A stretch of DNA of 64,000 nucleotides. It comes from a virus. Location of the stretch: IMG/VR virus record IMGVR_UViG_3300030618_000004; one strand, written 5' to 3'. The notes under the pieces were generated by a model, which was not told the origin of the DNA, did no database searches, and worked only from the letters and a program-made list of their open reading frames with translations. Made by a program: the position numbers and the translations under genes. This document shows, piece by piece, positions 54,787 through 63,649 of the stretch. Position 1 is the stretch's first letter. Each line of letters begins with the position of its first letter.

Positions 54787-54957
54787 TTAAACACCTTTGA
54801 AATAATCAAGAAGTTTTTTCAGTGTTTTAAATGACGGCGAAGTATTTTTTCCGTTCGCTATTTTTAGAATAGTTAAATACGAAAGATTGACCGTCTCGGC
54901 CACCTTCTTGATATTTCTATCCTCAAGTTGTTTAACCACATACTCTAGATCATTCAT
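54787..54957 (-). CDS. Cro/XRE-type HTH regulator (56 aa, start moved to MNDLEYV)
   Basis: IKKVAETVNLSYLTILKIANGKN. A GGAGAA SD lies 8 nt upstream of this ATG. Confidence 0.65.
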   Translation of the reverse strand: MNDLEYVVKQLEDRNIKKVAETVNLSYLTILKIANGKNTSPSFKTLKKLLDYFKGV

Positions 54958-54985
54958 TTTTATTTTCTCCAATCCGATAAATTGC

Positions 54986-55014
54986 ATCGTAGTATCATTA
55001 AATGATAAAGTCAA
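54986..55014 (-). promoter_or_regulatory. leftward promoter (TTGACT-N17-TACGAT) with an embedded palindromic operator
   Basis: The reverse complement reads TTGACTTTATCATTTAATGATACTACGAT. The 13-bp palindrome ATCATT-A-AATGAT (54994-55006) sits in the spacer. Confidence 0.5.
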
Positions 55015-55037
55015 TATATAAATAAGTATAAAATATC

Positions 55038-55066
55038 TTGACAGGTAGATTATTGCGTCTTAATAT
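55038..55066 (+). promoter_or_regulatory. rightward promoter (TTGACA-N17-TAATAT)
   Basis: TTGACAGGTAGATTATTGCGTCTTAATAT, 58 nt upstream of the 55124 start. Confidence 0.6.
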
Positions 55067-55123
55067 TAGACATGAATTAAATGCCGACCACGGGCATCAG
55101 TGGTATTTAGTCAGGAGCTTTAA

Positions 55124-55441
55124 ATGTTGAAAATTATTCGTCAGGGAGATGTCTGCCTTCAATCAGTAAAATCAATACCAGTCGGTGCTGTCGAGATCAA
55201 AACAGAAGATAAACGCGTTGTATTGGCTTACGGCGAAGTAACTGGACATGCTCATGCTATCTATGAAGATATCGATCAAGTCAAAGTATGGGCGATTGGA
55301 AAGGTTAAATATTTGGAAGTGATGGCTTCGGTAGTTTTGAAACACGAAGAACATACTCACGCCAAGATCGAACCAGGTATCTACAAATTGCCTGTTCAGG
55401 TTGAATACTCGCCGAAAGAATTGCGCATCACGCGCGATTAA
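55124..55441 (+). CDS. hypothetical protein (105 aa) with RQGDV...GEVTGHAH motifs
   Basis: An AGGAG SD precedes the start. The ORF is followed by a terminator. Confidence 0.55.
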   Translation: MLKIIRQGDVCLQSVKSIPVGAVEIKTEDKRVVLAYGEVTGHAHAIYEDIDQVKVWAIGKVKYLEVMASVVLKHEEHTHAKIEPGIYKLPVQVEYSPKELRITRD

Positions 55442-55450
55442 CCAAAAATA

Positions 55451-55484
55451 ATTTACCTATTTCGGTAGGTAAATTTATTTATTT
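55451..55484 (+). terminator. rho-independent terminator
   Basis: atttacct-N8-aggtaaat followed by ttatttattt. Confidence 0.6.
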
Positions 55485-55501
55485 CATAACGGGAGATTTA
55501 C

Positions 55502-56959
55502 ATGTTGAAAAAAATTAACTCATTAACGCCAGATCAAGAATTAAAAATGGCTGAGTTTCGGGATAAATGGCTCGGGATTGGTTTTTCTTGCCAGCCTGCA
55601 GACCGAGTGACAGCAGTTATTGGTGTAAATGAAGCATATCAATCTGCAGGCATGGAACCACCAAAATATATTATTTGGCTGGACAGCCCACTTTCTGGAG
55701 TATATGGCGCTGCAATTTTGGCTAACTCTCAAGTCGGGGCTCAGGTCGGGGCTCAGGTCTGGGATCAGGTCAGGGCTCAGGTCGGGGCTCAGGTCAGGGC
55801 TCAGGTCGGGGCTCAGGTCTGGGCTCAAGTCGGGGCTCAGGTCGGGGCTCAGGTCAGGGCTCAGGTCGGGGATCAGGTCGGGGCTCAGGTCAGGGCTCAG
55901 GTCGGGGATCAGGTCTGGGATCAAGTCGGGGCTCAGGTCGGGGATCAGGTCGGGGCTCAGGTCAGGGCTCAGGTCGGGGATCAGGTCGGGGATCAGGTCT
56001 GGGATCAAGTCGGGGATCAGGTCTGGGCTCAGGTCAGGGATCAAGTCGGGGATCAGGTCTGGGCTCAGGTCAGGGATCAGGTCTGGGATCAAGTCGGGGC
56101 TCAAGTCAGGGCTCAAGTCGGGGCTCAAGTCGGGGCTCAGGTCAGGGCTCAAGTCGGGGCTCAGGTCAGGGCTCAGGTCGGGGCTCAGGTCTGGGCTCAA
56201 GTCGGGGCTCAGGTCGGGGATCAGGTCAGGGCTCAGGTCGGGGCTCAGGTCTGGGATCAGGTCTACAAAGCTGGCTATGGCCAGCACGACGCAAATTGGT
56301 TGGCGTTTTATGACTTTTTCAATTTTTTAGGGATCGTTGAAACATCTAAACTTTCTGGAATGAATAAAATAGCTCAATCATCCGGGTGGTTTTGGCCTTT
56401 TAAAAATTTATGTATTTTGTCGGAACGACCCATTCACCTTTTCCGAGACAGTTCTAACCAGCTTCATTCAGAAAATAAAGCGGCGCTCGAATACAAGGAC
56501 GGATTCAAATTGTTCCGGTGGCATGGTGTCACGGTTCCTCAATGGCTAATTGAAAACCCAGAATTGGTCACGGTCGAAAAAATCGAATCAGAACAAAATT
56601 CAGAGGTTCGCCGGTGCATGATGGAGCGTTATGGATATGAGCGCTATATACGTGACTGCAATGCTGTTGTTGTAGATTCTTGTGATATCAATCATCCTAT
56701 CGTTGGTCTGCGTGATGCAAAGCTTTTGGTTAAAAAAGTTGTCGACGACGAAGACATTGTTTTTGTCGATATGTTGAATTCTACTCCGGAACCAGACGGT
56801 AGCGTTAATCGGTATTTGATACGTGTTGATCCAACTGCTTATGACGGCGACGCGGCACTTTATTGTCACGCTGCTGCGGCATCTACATGGCGCGACGAAT
56901 TGAATGGTGAATTTACTTTCAAAAACTGGAAAGACTACACTCCAGAATTTGAATCTTAA
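55502..56959 (+). CDS. tetrapeptide (Q-V-x-x) tandem-repeat protein with a conserved C-terminal domain
   Basis: 44 QV(G/R/W)(A/D) units. The C-terminal domain contains [15 protein letters not shown]...[20 protein letters not shown]...[15 protein letters not shown], which I recall as DUF6745-like (unverified). Confidence 0.7.
   Translation: MLKKINSLTPDQELKMAEFRDKWLGIGFSCQPADRVTAVIGVNEAYQSAGMEPPKYIIWLDSPLSGVYGAAILANSQVGAQVGAQVWDQVRAQVGAQVRAQVGAQVWAQVGAQVGAQVRAQVGDQVGAQVRAQVGDQVWDQVGAQVGDQVGAQVRAQVGDQVGDQVWDQVGDQVWAQVRDQVGDQVWAQVRDQVWDQVGAQVRAQVGAQVGAQVRAQVGAQVRAQVGAQVWAQVGAQVGDQVRAQVGAQVWDQVYKAGYGQHDANWLAFYDFFNFLGIVETSKLSGMNKIAQSSGWFWPFKNLCILSERPIHLFRDSSNQLHSENKAALEYKDGFKLFRWHGVTVPQWLIENPELVTVEKIESEQNSEVRRCMMERYGYERYIRDCNAVVVDSCDINHPIVGLRDAKLLVKKVVDDEDIVFVDMLNSTPEPDGSVNRYLIRVDPTAYDGDAALYCHAAAASTWRDELNGEFTFKNWKDYTPEFES
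55730..56269. repeat. 12-nt tandem repeat, 44 units plus one degenerate unit
   Basis: The unit is CAGGTCGGGGCT. Substitutions are confined to three positions (G/A/T, C/A and a silent G/A). All frames are stop-free, which produces spurious ORFs. Confidence 0.95.
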
Positions 56960-57284
56960 CCGGTAGAACCGGCACTTCCCTGGGTGGAAAAGTCCTGAGT
57001 CTATGCTTAGCCAGGAAAACGTAGTTGGAAGTCGTTACCAGCACCAAGATTAGAACGGTCTCGGCAATATTCTGGTCATGACAGAAGCAAGCATTCGGTT
57101 CCAGACACATTACCCAGATCCTGGCAATGCAACCTTCACAGGTAAGACTGTTCTAATGTTGGTGTCGCATGACTGGAACCGGCTGGGTAGCATCCTCGCC
57201 CGAAAATCCGTGACGAAGTTTGGAGCACGCCCCATCGTACATAGTGAAGGTAGCCCGGCACCAACATTAATTTACAGGATAAAA
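56960..57284 (+). ncRNA. ORF-poor structured leader or ncRNA with mutually exclusive helices
   Basis: 57041-57061 pairs with 57145-57165 over 21 bp, with one G-G mismatch and three G-U pairs. The same 57154-57167 segment pairs with 57256-57269 over 14 bp, just upstream of the AGGA SD and the ATG at 57285. Confidence 0.45.
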
Positions 57285-58091
57285 ATGTCACAAAAAATAA
57301 TATCAGTTAGAGCTTCATCATTCGGAACGCTGTTTGATTGTGCGTACCGTTTTGAGGGTGAGCAGTTGATGAAGATGAACAAGCCTAGCAGCTTGCGCGC
57401 GTGGATGGGAACGTCTATTCATGCCAGTACGGCGGCGTTTGACTTGGCGGCATTAGATGGCAAACCAATTAGCGCCAATGAAGCTGCTGATGTTCTAGTT
57501 GAAAAACTTCATAATCCAGATTGCGAAGTGAATTACGAAGACGACAATATCAATCTTCGTGAAGCTGAGAAAATATCTCTGACATTGCATTCTCGGTATT
57601 GCGCAGAAATTGCTCCAAAGATGGTTTATCAGTCGATTGAAATGCCTTTATCGCCATTGGATATCGATTGTGGTGATAATCTGATTATTCGACTTACCGG
57701 CACCATGGATCGTGCCAGAGTCGTTAAATCGGTAGATGGCAAGGTCATTGCGGATTTAAAGACCGGAAGCCGATTAATCACTGAAGACAAGGTAAGTACC
57801 AAAGGCCGCGCAGCGCAGTTGGGAACTTACCAGATTTTGAGTGAGCACACGGACGGAGAAGAAACTTACGGAGCACAGATCATCGCGTTGCAGACCACAT
57901 CGGCAACGAAGGTGGGCGTCAGCAAAGTGTTTGATGCCAAGAAAGTGATGTTAGGCGATGAAAATCAGGAAGGTTTGATTCATATGGCAGCCAAGATGTT
58001 TAAAATCGGGTTATTCCCGCCAAATCCACAAAGCGTTTTATGCGACAAGAAGTATTGCAGTCGCTGGGGAGTTTGCACCTATCATGAATAA
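57285..58091 (+). CDS. Cas4/RecB-like PD-(D/E)XK exonuclease (start moved to MSQKIISV)
   Basis: RASSFGTLFDCAYRF, GTMDRARVV...IADLKTG and the C-terminal Cys cluster CDKKYCSRWGVC. Confidence 0.7.
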   Translation: MSQKIISVRASSFGTLFDCAYRFEGEQLMKMNKPSSLRAWMGTSIHASTAAFDLAALDGKPISANEAADVLVEKLHNPDCEVNYEDDNINLREAEKISLTLHSRYCAEIAPKMVYQSIEMPLSPLDIDCGDNLIIRLTGTMDRARVVKSVDGKVIADLKTGSRLITEDKVSTKGRAAQLGTYQILSEHTDGEETYGAQIIALQTTSATKVGVSKVFDAKKVMLGDENQEGLIHMAAKMFKIGLFPPNPQSVLCDKKYCSRWGVCTYHE

Positions 58092-58302
58092 ATTATTGAT
58101 TTTATTGTCTTGCGCCGTTCTGTCTGGTTGTATGGATAAAGGTAAGTGTTTGTTGTCGCATGAAGAAACATTTTTGCAACCTCAGTATTTCACAATGTGT
58201 GATTCAAAAGGAACGTGTACTTCACAATATCAGTACTCAATTCCAATTGAAGAAAATGTTTGCGATAAATGGGAGTTTCCAGAGGGTCGTAAAAAAGAGT
58301 AA
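58084..58302 (+). CDS. small lipoprotein (72 aa)
   Basis: Lipobox MNKLLILLSCAVLSGC. Confidence 0.6.
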   Translation: MNKLLILLSCAVLSGCMDKGKCLLSHEETFLQPQYFTMCDSKGTCTSQYQYSIPIEENVCDKWEFPEGRKKE

Positions 58303-58377
58303 AACGTACCATAAATCGATCATTAAGAGGTTACGGATCGATTTATCGAACAAAATTTTATTAATTGGGAGATTTAA

Positions 58378-59529
58378 ATGCAAGAAACAAAAACAGTTGA
58401 GCAACTTAAAAGTTCATCATCGCGTGAGATAGCGAACGTTCCAGATTTAAAAATCGATATGTTCTCGCTACGTGGATTCGAGCTAGCTCAGCGCATATCC
58501 AAGGCATTCGCAACATCTGACGCCGTTCCGGCAATATTCAGATCACACAACGTCAAAAAAACCAAAGAAGGGGAAGTTTGGGTTGAAAATCCTTCGTCTT
58601 TCGGAAATTGCTTGGTTGCGGTTGAAACTGCTCAAGCGGTCGGAATGTCGATTACTGCAGTAATGCAAAACGCCAACGTAATCGAAGGTAAATTGTCGTG
58701 GTCTGGAAAGTTCATTATCGCGGCAGTCAACGCTTCGAGACGATTCACGCCGTTGCGCTTTGATATCCAAAACAAAGGCATGATCACCGCAAAATATAAA
58801 GAAAAACAGGTGTGGAATAAAGAAAAAGGTGGTTACGATTTCACTGAAAAATCGGTTGAAGTTGAAAACCTTGAATGTACGGCCTGGGCATATATTATGG
58901 AAAGCGGCAAGGCCACACAAGAACGCATCGAAGGAGCACCGGTCAGCATGAAAATGGCTGTCGAAGAAGGCTGGTACGGAAAATCAGGAAGTAAATGGCA
59001 AACAGAAATGAAACATTTGATGCTTCAATACCGCGCTGGCGCTTACTTCGGAAACATCCACGCTCCGGACGTTGTAATGGGTATGGGAAGGACAACCGAA
59101 GAATTGGTTGATATGGGAACTATTGACGTTGAAAAACAGCCTGATGGTTCGTATGCAGCGACCAATCTGGAAGAACTACGCGGATCGGTTGAACCTAACC
59201 AGAACAAGAAACAAAAAGTCGATGCCCAAGAAGTGGACGTCAAAGAACAAGCCAAAGACACTAACCCAGAGAAAGACACCAGTGAAGTAACTGAACAGTG
59301 CCGATTTATTGAAAGAGCCATTGAACAATCAAAAACTGTTGATGACTTGCACTTGGCGGCCGATCTAATCAAAGACGTATTTGATACCAATCTGCAAGCA
59401 GGTTTGACTTACAAATACAAAAAGTGTCTGCATGATAGATTCGAAAATCCTGCAACTACTCCTGTTGAAGAAAAAAAACCAATTTCACGCCGCGGTAAAT
59501 CAACCACGTCTGACTTGAAAGTAGAGTAA
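58378..59529 (+). CDS. recT: RecT-family single-strand annealing protein
   Basis: GGGAGAT SD. The central region (GKLSWSGKFIIAAVNASRRF...WYGKSGSKWQTEMKHLMLQYRAGAYF) resembles RecT. It lies next to a nuclease gene. Confidence 0.65.
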   Translation: MQETKTVEQLKSSSSREIANVPDLKIDMFSLRGFELAQRISKAFATSDAVPAIFRSHNVKKTKEGEVWVENPSSFGNCLVAVETAQAVGMSITAVMQNANVIEGKLSWSGKFIIAAVNASRRFTPLRFDIQNKGMITAKYKEKQVWNKEKGGYDFTEKSVEVENLECTAWAYIMESGKATQERIEGAPVSMKMAVEEGWYGKSGSKWQTEMKHLMLQYRAGAYFGNIHAPDVVMGMGRTTEELVDMGTIDVEKQPDGSYAATNLEELRGSVEPNQNKKQKVDAQEVDVKEQAKDTNPEKDTSEVTEQCRFIERAIEQSKTVDDLHLAADLIKDVFDTNLQAGLTYKYKKCLHDRFENPATTPVEEKKPISRRGKSTTSDLKVE

Positions 59530-59560
59530 TTTAACCAGTCCTTATTAAAGGGGAGAATCC

Positions 59561-60250
59561 ATGTTTGAATTAGTAAAAGAACGCTGCAACTTAGCGCATG
59601 TCAATGTCCGGTCTGAATTGCATGGTGATGAAAAACAAACTGCTTACGATGTGAAATTTACCGTGTCGTTGGTAAATGCCGTGCTACTGAAATTTCATCC
59701 AGAATTGCGCGATGCATTTTATAAACAAGGTGAAAACAAGGACATTGATCCTGATTTTGTTCCGAACATAAAATTTCCATTGTTAGGGGCTATTTCGTGG
59801 GATCTGGAAATACCTCGCACACTTCTGTGCATTCACGACGAGTTTGAAAATAACGACGTGGTTCTATCTGGTGGTCGTACCAATAAATTCACATTCAAAT
59901 TAAAAGAAGGTGGAACCGTTGAAATGGCGTTTCGTTGCCAATTCTCAGAAGCGGATCCAGCCGACATTGCGCGGCTATTGTGTGCACTTGGTCAGACAAT
60001 GCCAATATCTCTGTCGTGCGAAGCGGTTGAAGAAGAACCTGATAAGTTTGAACAGGCCGATTTACTCAGTAAAGAACCCATGAGTGATGCGCGCGAAGAA
60101 GCCGAAAAGGTCTTTGCCGGCATGAAATCAAACGCCGCCGTGGATGACGTGGTAGACGCTGAATTTGATGAAAATAAAACCAACGTCACAGAAATTTCAA
60201 CCAAGAAACGAGGACGAAAAAAAGTAGGTAATTCGGTAGATATCGAGTAA
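59561..60250 (+). CDS. hypothetical protein with an acidic then basic tail (229 aa)
   Basis: GGGGAGA SD. ORF only. Confidence 0.5.
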   Translation: MFELVKERCNLAHVNVRSELHGDEKQTAYDVKFTVSLVNAVLLKFHPELRDAFYKQGENKDIDPDFVPNIKFPLLGAISWDLEIPRTLLCIHDEFENNDVVLSGGRTNKFTFKLKEGGTVEMAFRCQFSEADPADIARLLCALGQTMPISLSCEAVEEEPDKFEQADLLSKEPMSDAREEAEKVFAGMKSNAAVDDVVDAEFDENKTNVTEISTKKRGRKKVGNSVDIE

Positions 60251-60316
60251 AAACAGCATTATGATGTTCAGAGGGAAGAATTAATTTACTTCCCATTTTA
60301 ATTAACGGGAGATTGT

Positions 60317-62074
60317 ATGAAGATCACACGCATCCAGATCGATGGAATTTTAGGTATTTCATCGGTTGATGTTCGAATCAAAACGCCTATCGCTCTTTTC
60401 TGCGGCGAAAACTATTCAGGAAAGAGTTCAATCCGAGACAACGTGGCACTGGCAATTGCACAGCAACATTCGCGCAACATTACACTCAAAAAAAATTATC
60501 AAGAATTCGTCAATGACCAGGTGAAATCTGGCGGCGCGGTTGTTACGATTAATGATGATCCTGATCAAAGCTACGCATTCAACATGCCGGCCGGTGAATT
60601 CAACGGACCAGAAGTTTCTGCATCAATGCGCGTTGCTCTGGACGGACAGCTGTTCTCCAGCATGAAACCCGATGAGCGCCGTACTTTTTTGTTTGATTTA
60701 ACTAAGTGCCGCCCAAATGCCGAAAACGTCAAAAAACGCATGCTTGCGAAAGAATGCGATTCAGAAAAAATAGAGGAAGTATTGCCAATGCTGCGCACTG
60801 GTTTTCCTTCTTCCTGCGAATTCGCCAAGAAACGAGCTACCGAGTGTAAAGGAAGTTGGAAACAAATTACTGGCGCTACTTACGGATCAAAAGTTGGTGA
60901 ATCATGGAAGGCTGAAAAACCGGACAAGCCAGAATTCAATTCTGATGCCATGAAACTTGAACTGGTTGAACTCGACAAGGACATAGCCAAAAATAATCAG
61001 GACATTGGCGTTATCAACAGTGAGAAAAAAACTCACGATGAAAACACCAAAAAACGTGCTGCGTTGAAAGCATCGGTTGATAAAGTTCCTGACATTGAAA
61101 AACAGATTCCTTTAGCTGAAAAAGAACTCGCAGAGTTTGAGCCAAAAGTTATCGATCTGCGTAACCGTGCAAAGTGTGTCGCGCGTGTCGGACTCATTCA
61201 CGACATGGCGAAATTTATCATTGAATGCGAGGGAGATACCGAAGCTGATGCATTGATCAAACGCTACGAGTCAGAATATGGAAAACCTGACGGCGGCAAG
61301 GTCGATATGGAAGCACAAGCATCGTTGCCTGAATACGAAAAAGCACTTCAGGTCTTGGTGCACCGAGTCGCCAATTTGAAGCGCGATCTTGATTCATGCA
61401 AACAGGCTAAAGGTCAGTACGACGCATTGAAAATTGATGAGTCAATGGACTACGATTCTGCTTTGTCAAAGGTCCAGTCGTTCATGAAAGAAGACCAAGC
61501 CAGACGCGATCAGTTGGTTAAATCGATATCGGCGATTGAATCTGTTATCACCAAACGCGCCGAAGCGGATCAAAAAACTAAAGATGCTCAGTCACATCAC
61601 AATGATGTGGTTGCGTGGACAGTAGTAGCAGACGCATTATCACCTGACGGAATTCCGTCAGAAATGTTGATTGAGTCCTTAAAACCAGTCAACACAGCGT
61701 TAGAACAAGCTGCACTAGACACGGATTGGAAAAAGGTAGTAATCAACAAGGAAATGGAAATAACGGCTTCAGGACGCCCATATCATCTTTTGAGCGAATC
61801 CGAACAATGGCGCACCGATGCCATGATTGCTCAAGTCGTTGCCGAAATATCTGGTCTGAAAATCATGCTACTGGACCGCATGGATGTGCTGAACCTTCAA
61901 GGTCGAAAAGAAGTCCTTGAATGGATGGATATTTTGGCATCAGAAGGCATCATCGACACGTCGCTGTTATTTGCAACTTTGAAGGCCATGCCAGCGTCGT
62001 TACCTGAAACCATCACCTCGTTTTGGGTTAAAAAAGGAGAAGTAATGGGGCAAGAAAAGCGAGCTTCAGCATGA
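60317..62074 (+). CDS. Rad50/SbcC-like ABC ATPase with a long coiled coil
   Basis: Walker A GENYSGKSS near the N-terminus, a central coiled-coil region of about 350 aa, and Walker B/D-loop IMLLDRMDVL near the C-terminus. Confidence 0.7.
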   Translation: MKITRIQIDGILGISSVDVRIKTPIALFCGENYSGKSSIRDNVALAIAQQHSRNITLKKNYQEFVNDQVKSGGAVVTINDDPDQSYAFNMPAGEFNGPEVSASMRVALDGQLFSSMKPDERRTFLFDLTKCRPNAENVKKRMLAKECDSEKIEEVLPMLRTGFPSSCEFAKKRATECKGSWKQITGATYGSKVGESWKAEKPDKPEFNSDAMKLELVELDKDIAKNNQDIGVINSEKKTHDENTKKRAALKASVDKVPDIEKQIPLAEKELAEFEPKVIDLRNRAKCVARVGLIHDMAKFIIECEGDTEADALIKRYESEYGKPDGGKVDMEAQASLPEYEKALQVLVHRVANLKRDLDSCKQAKGQYDALKIDESMDYDSALSKVQSFMKEDQARRDQLVKSISAIESVITKRAEADQKTKDAQSHHNDVVAWTVVADALSPDGIPSEMLIESLKPVNTALEQAALDTDWKKVVINKEMEITASGRPYHLLSESEQWRTDAMIAQVVAEISGLKIMLLDRMDVLNLQGRKEVLEWMDILASEGIIDTSLLFATLKAMPASLPETITSFWVKKGEVMGQEKRASA

Positions 62075-62505
62075 GAAAGTTCAAAGTTTATAAATTGTCT
62101 GTGGAAAAGGTTAAAAATCCATTGCCAGTTCCGACTATATGTCCGAACTGCAGTAGTTCAGTAGAACTGATCAGCAACAGTAAAATTTACCGGAAAGAAA
62201 TTGGTGAATGGCCTTTTGCGTATCGGTGCACTGGATCTGAATGTCAAAGTTATGTTGGAATTCATCCGAAGACTGACATTCCTTTAGGGACTCTGGCCGA
62301 TGAGAAAACACGTAAAGCCAGATCAGCAGCAAAAGCTATTTTTCAGCCAATGTGGGAAATAGATGGCTTTACTAAAGATTCTGCTTATGCCTGGTTAGCG
62401 GAAAAGATGGGCATCAAACATGAACACTGCCATGTTGGATGGTTCAATTTTGAGCAGTGCAACCAAGTAATTGAAATTTGTAAGAAACAACGGGAGATTA
62501 AATGA
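62071..62505 (+). CDS. zinc-ribbon protein (DUF3268-like)
   Basis: CPNCSS...YRCTGSECQSYVGIHPKTDIPLGTLADEKTRKARSAAKAIF. The family name is from memory. Confidence 0.5.
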   Translation: MRKFKVYKLSVEKVKNPLPVPTICPNCSSSVELISNSKIYRKEIGEWPFAYRCTGSECQSYVGIHPKTDIPLGTLADEKTRKARSAAKAIFQPMWEIDGFTKDSAYAWLAEKMGIKHEHCHVGWFNFEQCNQVIEICKKQREIK

Positions 62506-63140
62506 TGAAAACTATTATTGCCTATGACACGGAAACCCTTGGCATACCTCTTTGGAGCTTACCATCTGAACATCCAGATCAGCCTCGTGTTTTGCAAATT
62601 GCCGCGGAACTGTGCGAAGAGGAAACCGGAGAAACGATTGAAAAACTGTGCTACATCATCAAGCCAGACGGTTGGATTATTCCTGATGAAATTCAGTTAT
62701 TGACCGGCATCACCATGGAACGCGCCAACGACGAAGGCGTACCGATCGAATTTGCATTGAACGAATTCATCGAACTGTGGAAGAAATCCGATTTGCGTGT
62801 TGCGCACAACGAATCGTTCGACATGCGCATGATTCGGATCGAGTTAATGCGGCATCCTGTTTATTCCATGGCTGTGATCGGAGAAGAACCGTTTGCAGAT
62901 TACTGGAAGAAAGCACCAGCATTCTGCACACAAGGTCAAAGCACTAAGATCGTCAACTTACCACCGGCCGAAAAAATGTTGGCGGCGAAACGTAAAACAC
63001 CAAAATCACCAAATCTTGGCGAAGCGTACCTATTCTTTACTGGCAGAGATTTGGAAGGTGCGCACGACGCTGGTGTCGATGTGATGGCCTGTAAGGCGGT
63101 CTATTACGGAATTAAAAACCATTTGGCTAAAGCCGCATAA
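62502..63140 (+). CDS. DnaQ-like 3'-5' exonuclease
   Basis: ExoI AYDTETLG, ExoII AHNESFDMRM, ExoIII AHDAGVDVMA. Confidence 0.8.
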   Translation: MMKTIIAYDTETLGIPLWSLPSEHPDQPRVLQIAAELCEEETGETIEKLCYIIKPDGWIIPDEIQLLTGITMERANDEGVPIEFALNEFIELWKKSDLRVAHNESFDMRMIRIELMRHPVYSMAVIGEEPFADYWKKAPAFCTQGQSTKIVNLPPAEKMLAAKRKTPKSPNLGEAYLFFTGRDLEGAHDAGVDVMACKAVYYGIKNHLAKAA

Positions 63141-63310
63141 TGTCTGTCGTCGGGAAACTCTGCACAGCCTGGTTTAATGGTGGTTGGATTTTAGGATCAA
63201 TTAAAGCCCACCGCGTTAAGCTAGGTCAGTGCGATGTTCAAACGGAAAAGTACGGTTTAATTACCGTGCTTTCTTGCAAGATTAGGATGTTGGATAAAGA
63301 GGATGAGTAA
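63140..63310 (+). CDS. small hypothetical protein (56 aa, below the track cutoff)
   Basis: TAATG overlap with the exonuclease stop. Hand-translated as MSVVGKLCTAWFNGGWILGSIKAHRVKLGQCDVQTEKYGLITVLSCKIRMLDKEDE. Confidence 0.3.
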   Translation: MSVVGKLCTAWFNGGWILGSIKAHRVKLGQCDVQTEKYGLITVLSCKIRMLDKEDE

Positions 63311-63313
63311 TAT

Positions 63314-63511
63314 TTATTTTTTTCTTCGATCACCAATGTTCACTCTTCGATCTTTCGCTACCTGATAATCATCTTCGTTAAATTTCTCTAACGCGATCCG
63401 AACTCCTTCGGATTGATTTCCCTTTCCGATTCTTCTGGCTTTTCTAGAGTGAGCAGCTCTAAGACGATGTGGATAAACGTCCATTGGGCCATCTTGATCA
63501 AAACTATTCAT
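63314..63511 (-). CDS. small basic putative DNA-binding protein (module gene S, copy 2, inverted)
   Basis: AHSRKARRIGKGNQSEGVRIALEKF aligns with the 44458..44661 product. Confidence 0.55.
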   Translation of the reverse strand: MNSFDQDGPMDVYPHRLRAAHSRKARRIGKGNQSEGVRIALEKFNEDDYQVAKDRRVNIGDRRKK

Positions 63512-63649
63512 GTCACGGGTCCCCTACACGATTTACTTTCGTGAGTATAGAGTTTTTTTCGTATTACGATAGTTATATGTCGGTATTACGATACTGGTAA
63601 TAGAATTAAATCTGGCAATTTTGCCGACTCAATTCTTAAAGGAAATATC
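63512..63649. promoter_or_regulatory. divergent control region of the R/S module (copy 2)
   Basis: GGCAA-N2-TTGCC at 63614-63625. GTATTAC cores at 63561 and 63583 are 22 bp apart. aaatcgtgtagggga is conserved on the opposite strand. Confidence 0.5.

Noticed and set aside
55541-56330. Long ORFs (248 aa on the - strand, 233 aa on the + strand) across the 12-nt repeat, encoding SPDL/IPDL or GLRS/GIRS arrays.
   Set aside because: The reason is the same: the repeat is stop-free in every frame. The QVxx frame is the one continuous with the conserved flanking domains and the GGGAGAT SD.
56962-57261. An imperfect direct repeat (ggtagaaccggcac / ggtagcccggcac) flanking the 325-nt region, considered as a target-site duplication of an inserted element.
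   Set aside because: The repeat is short and imperfect, within chance expectation. There are no terminal inverted repeats and no mobility gene.
57078-57284. A 69-codon N-terminal extension of the Cas4-like nuclease ORF (track start at 57078).
   Set aside because: The internal ATG at 57285 has an AGGA SD, and the nuclease N-terminal motif (SSFGTLFDC) begins right after it. The extension overlaps the long complementary elements and has the composition of the GC-rich leader.
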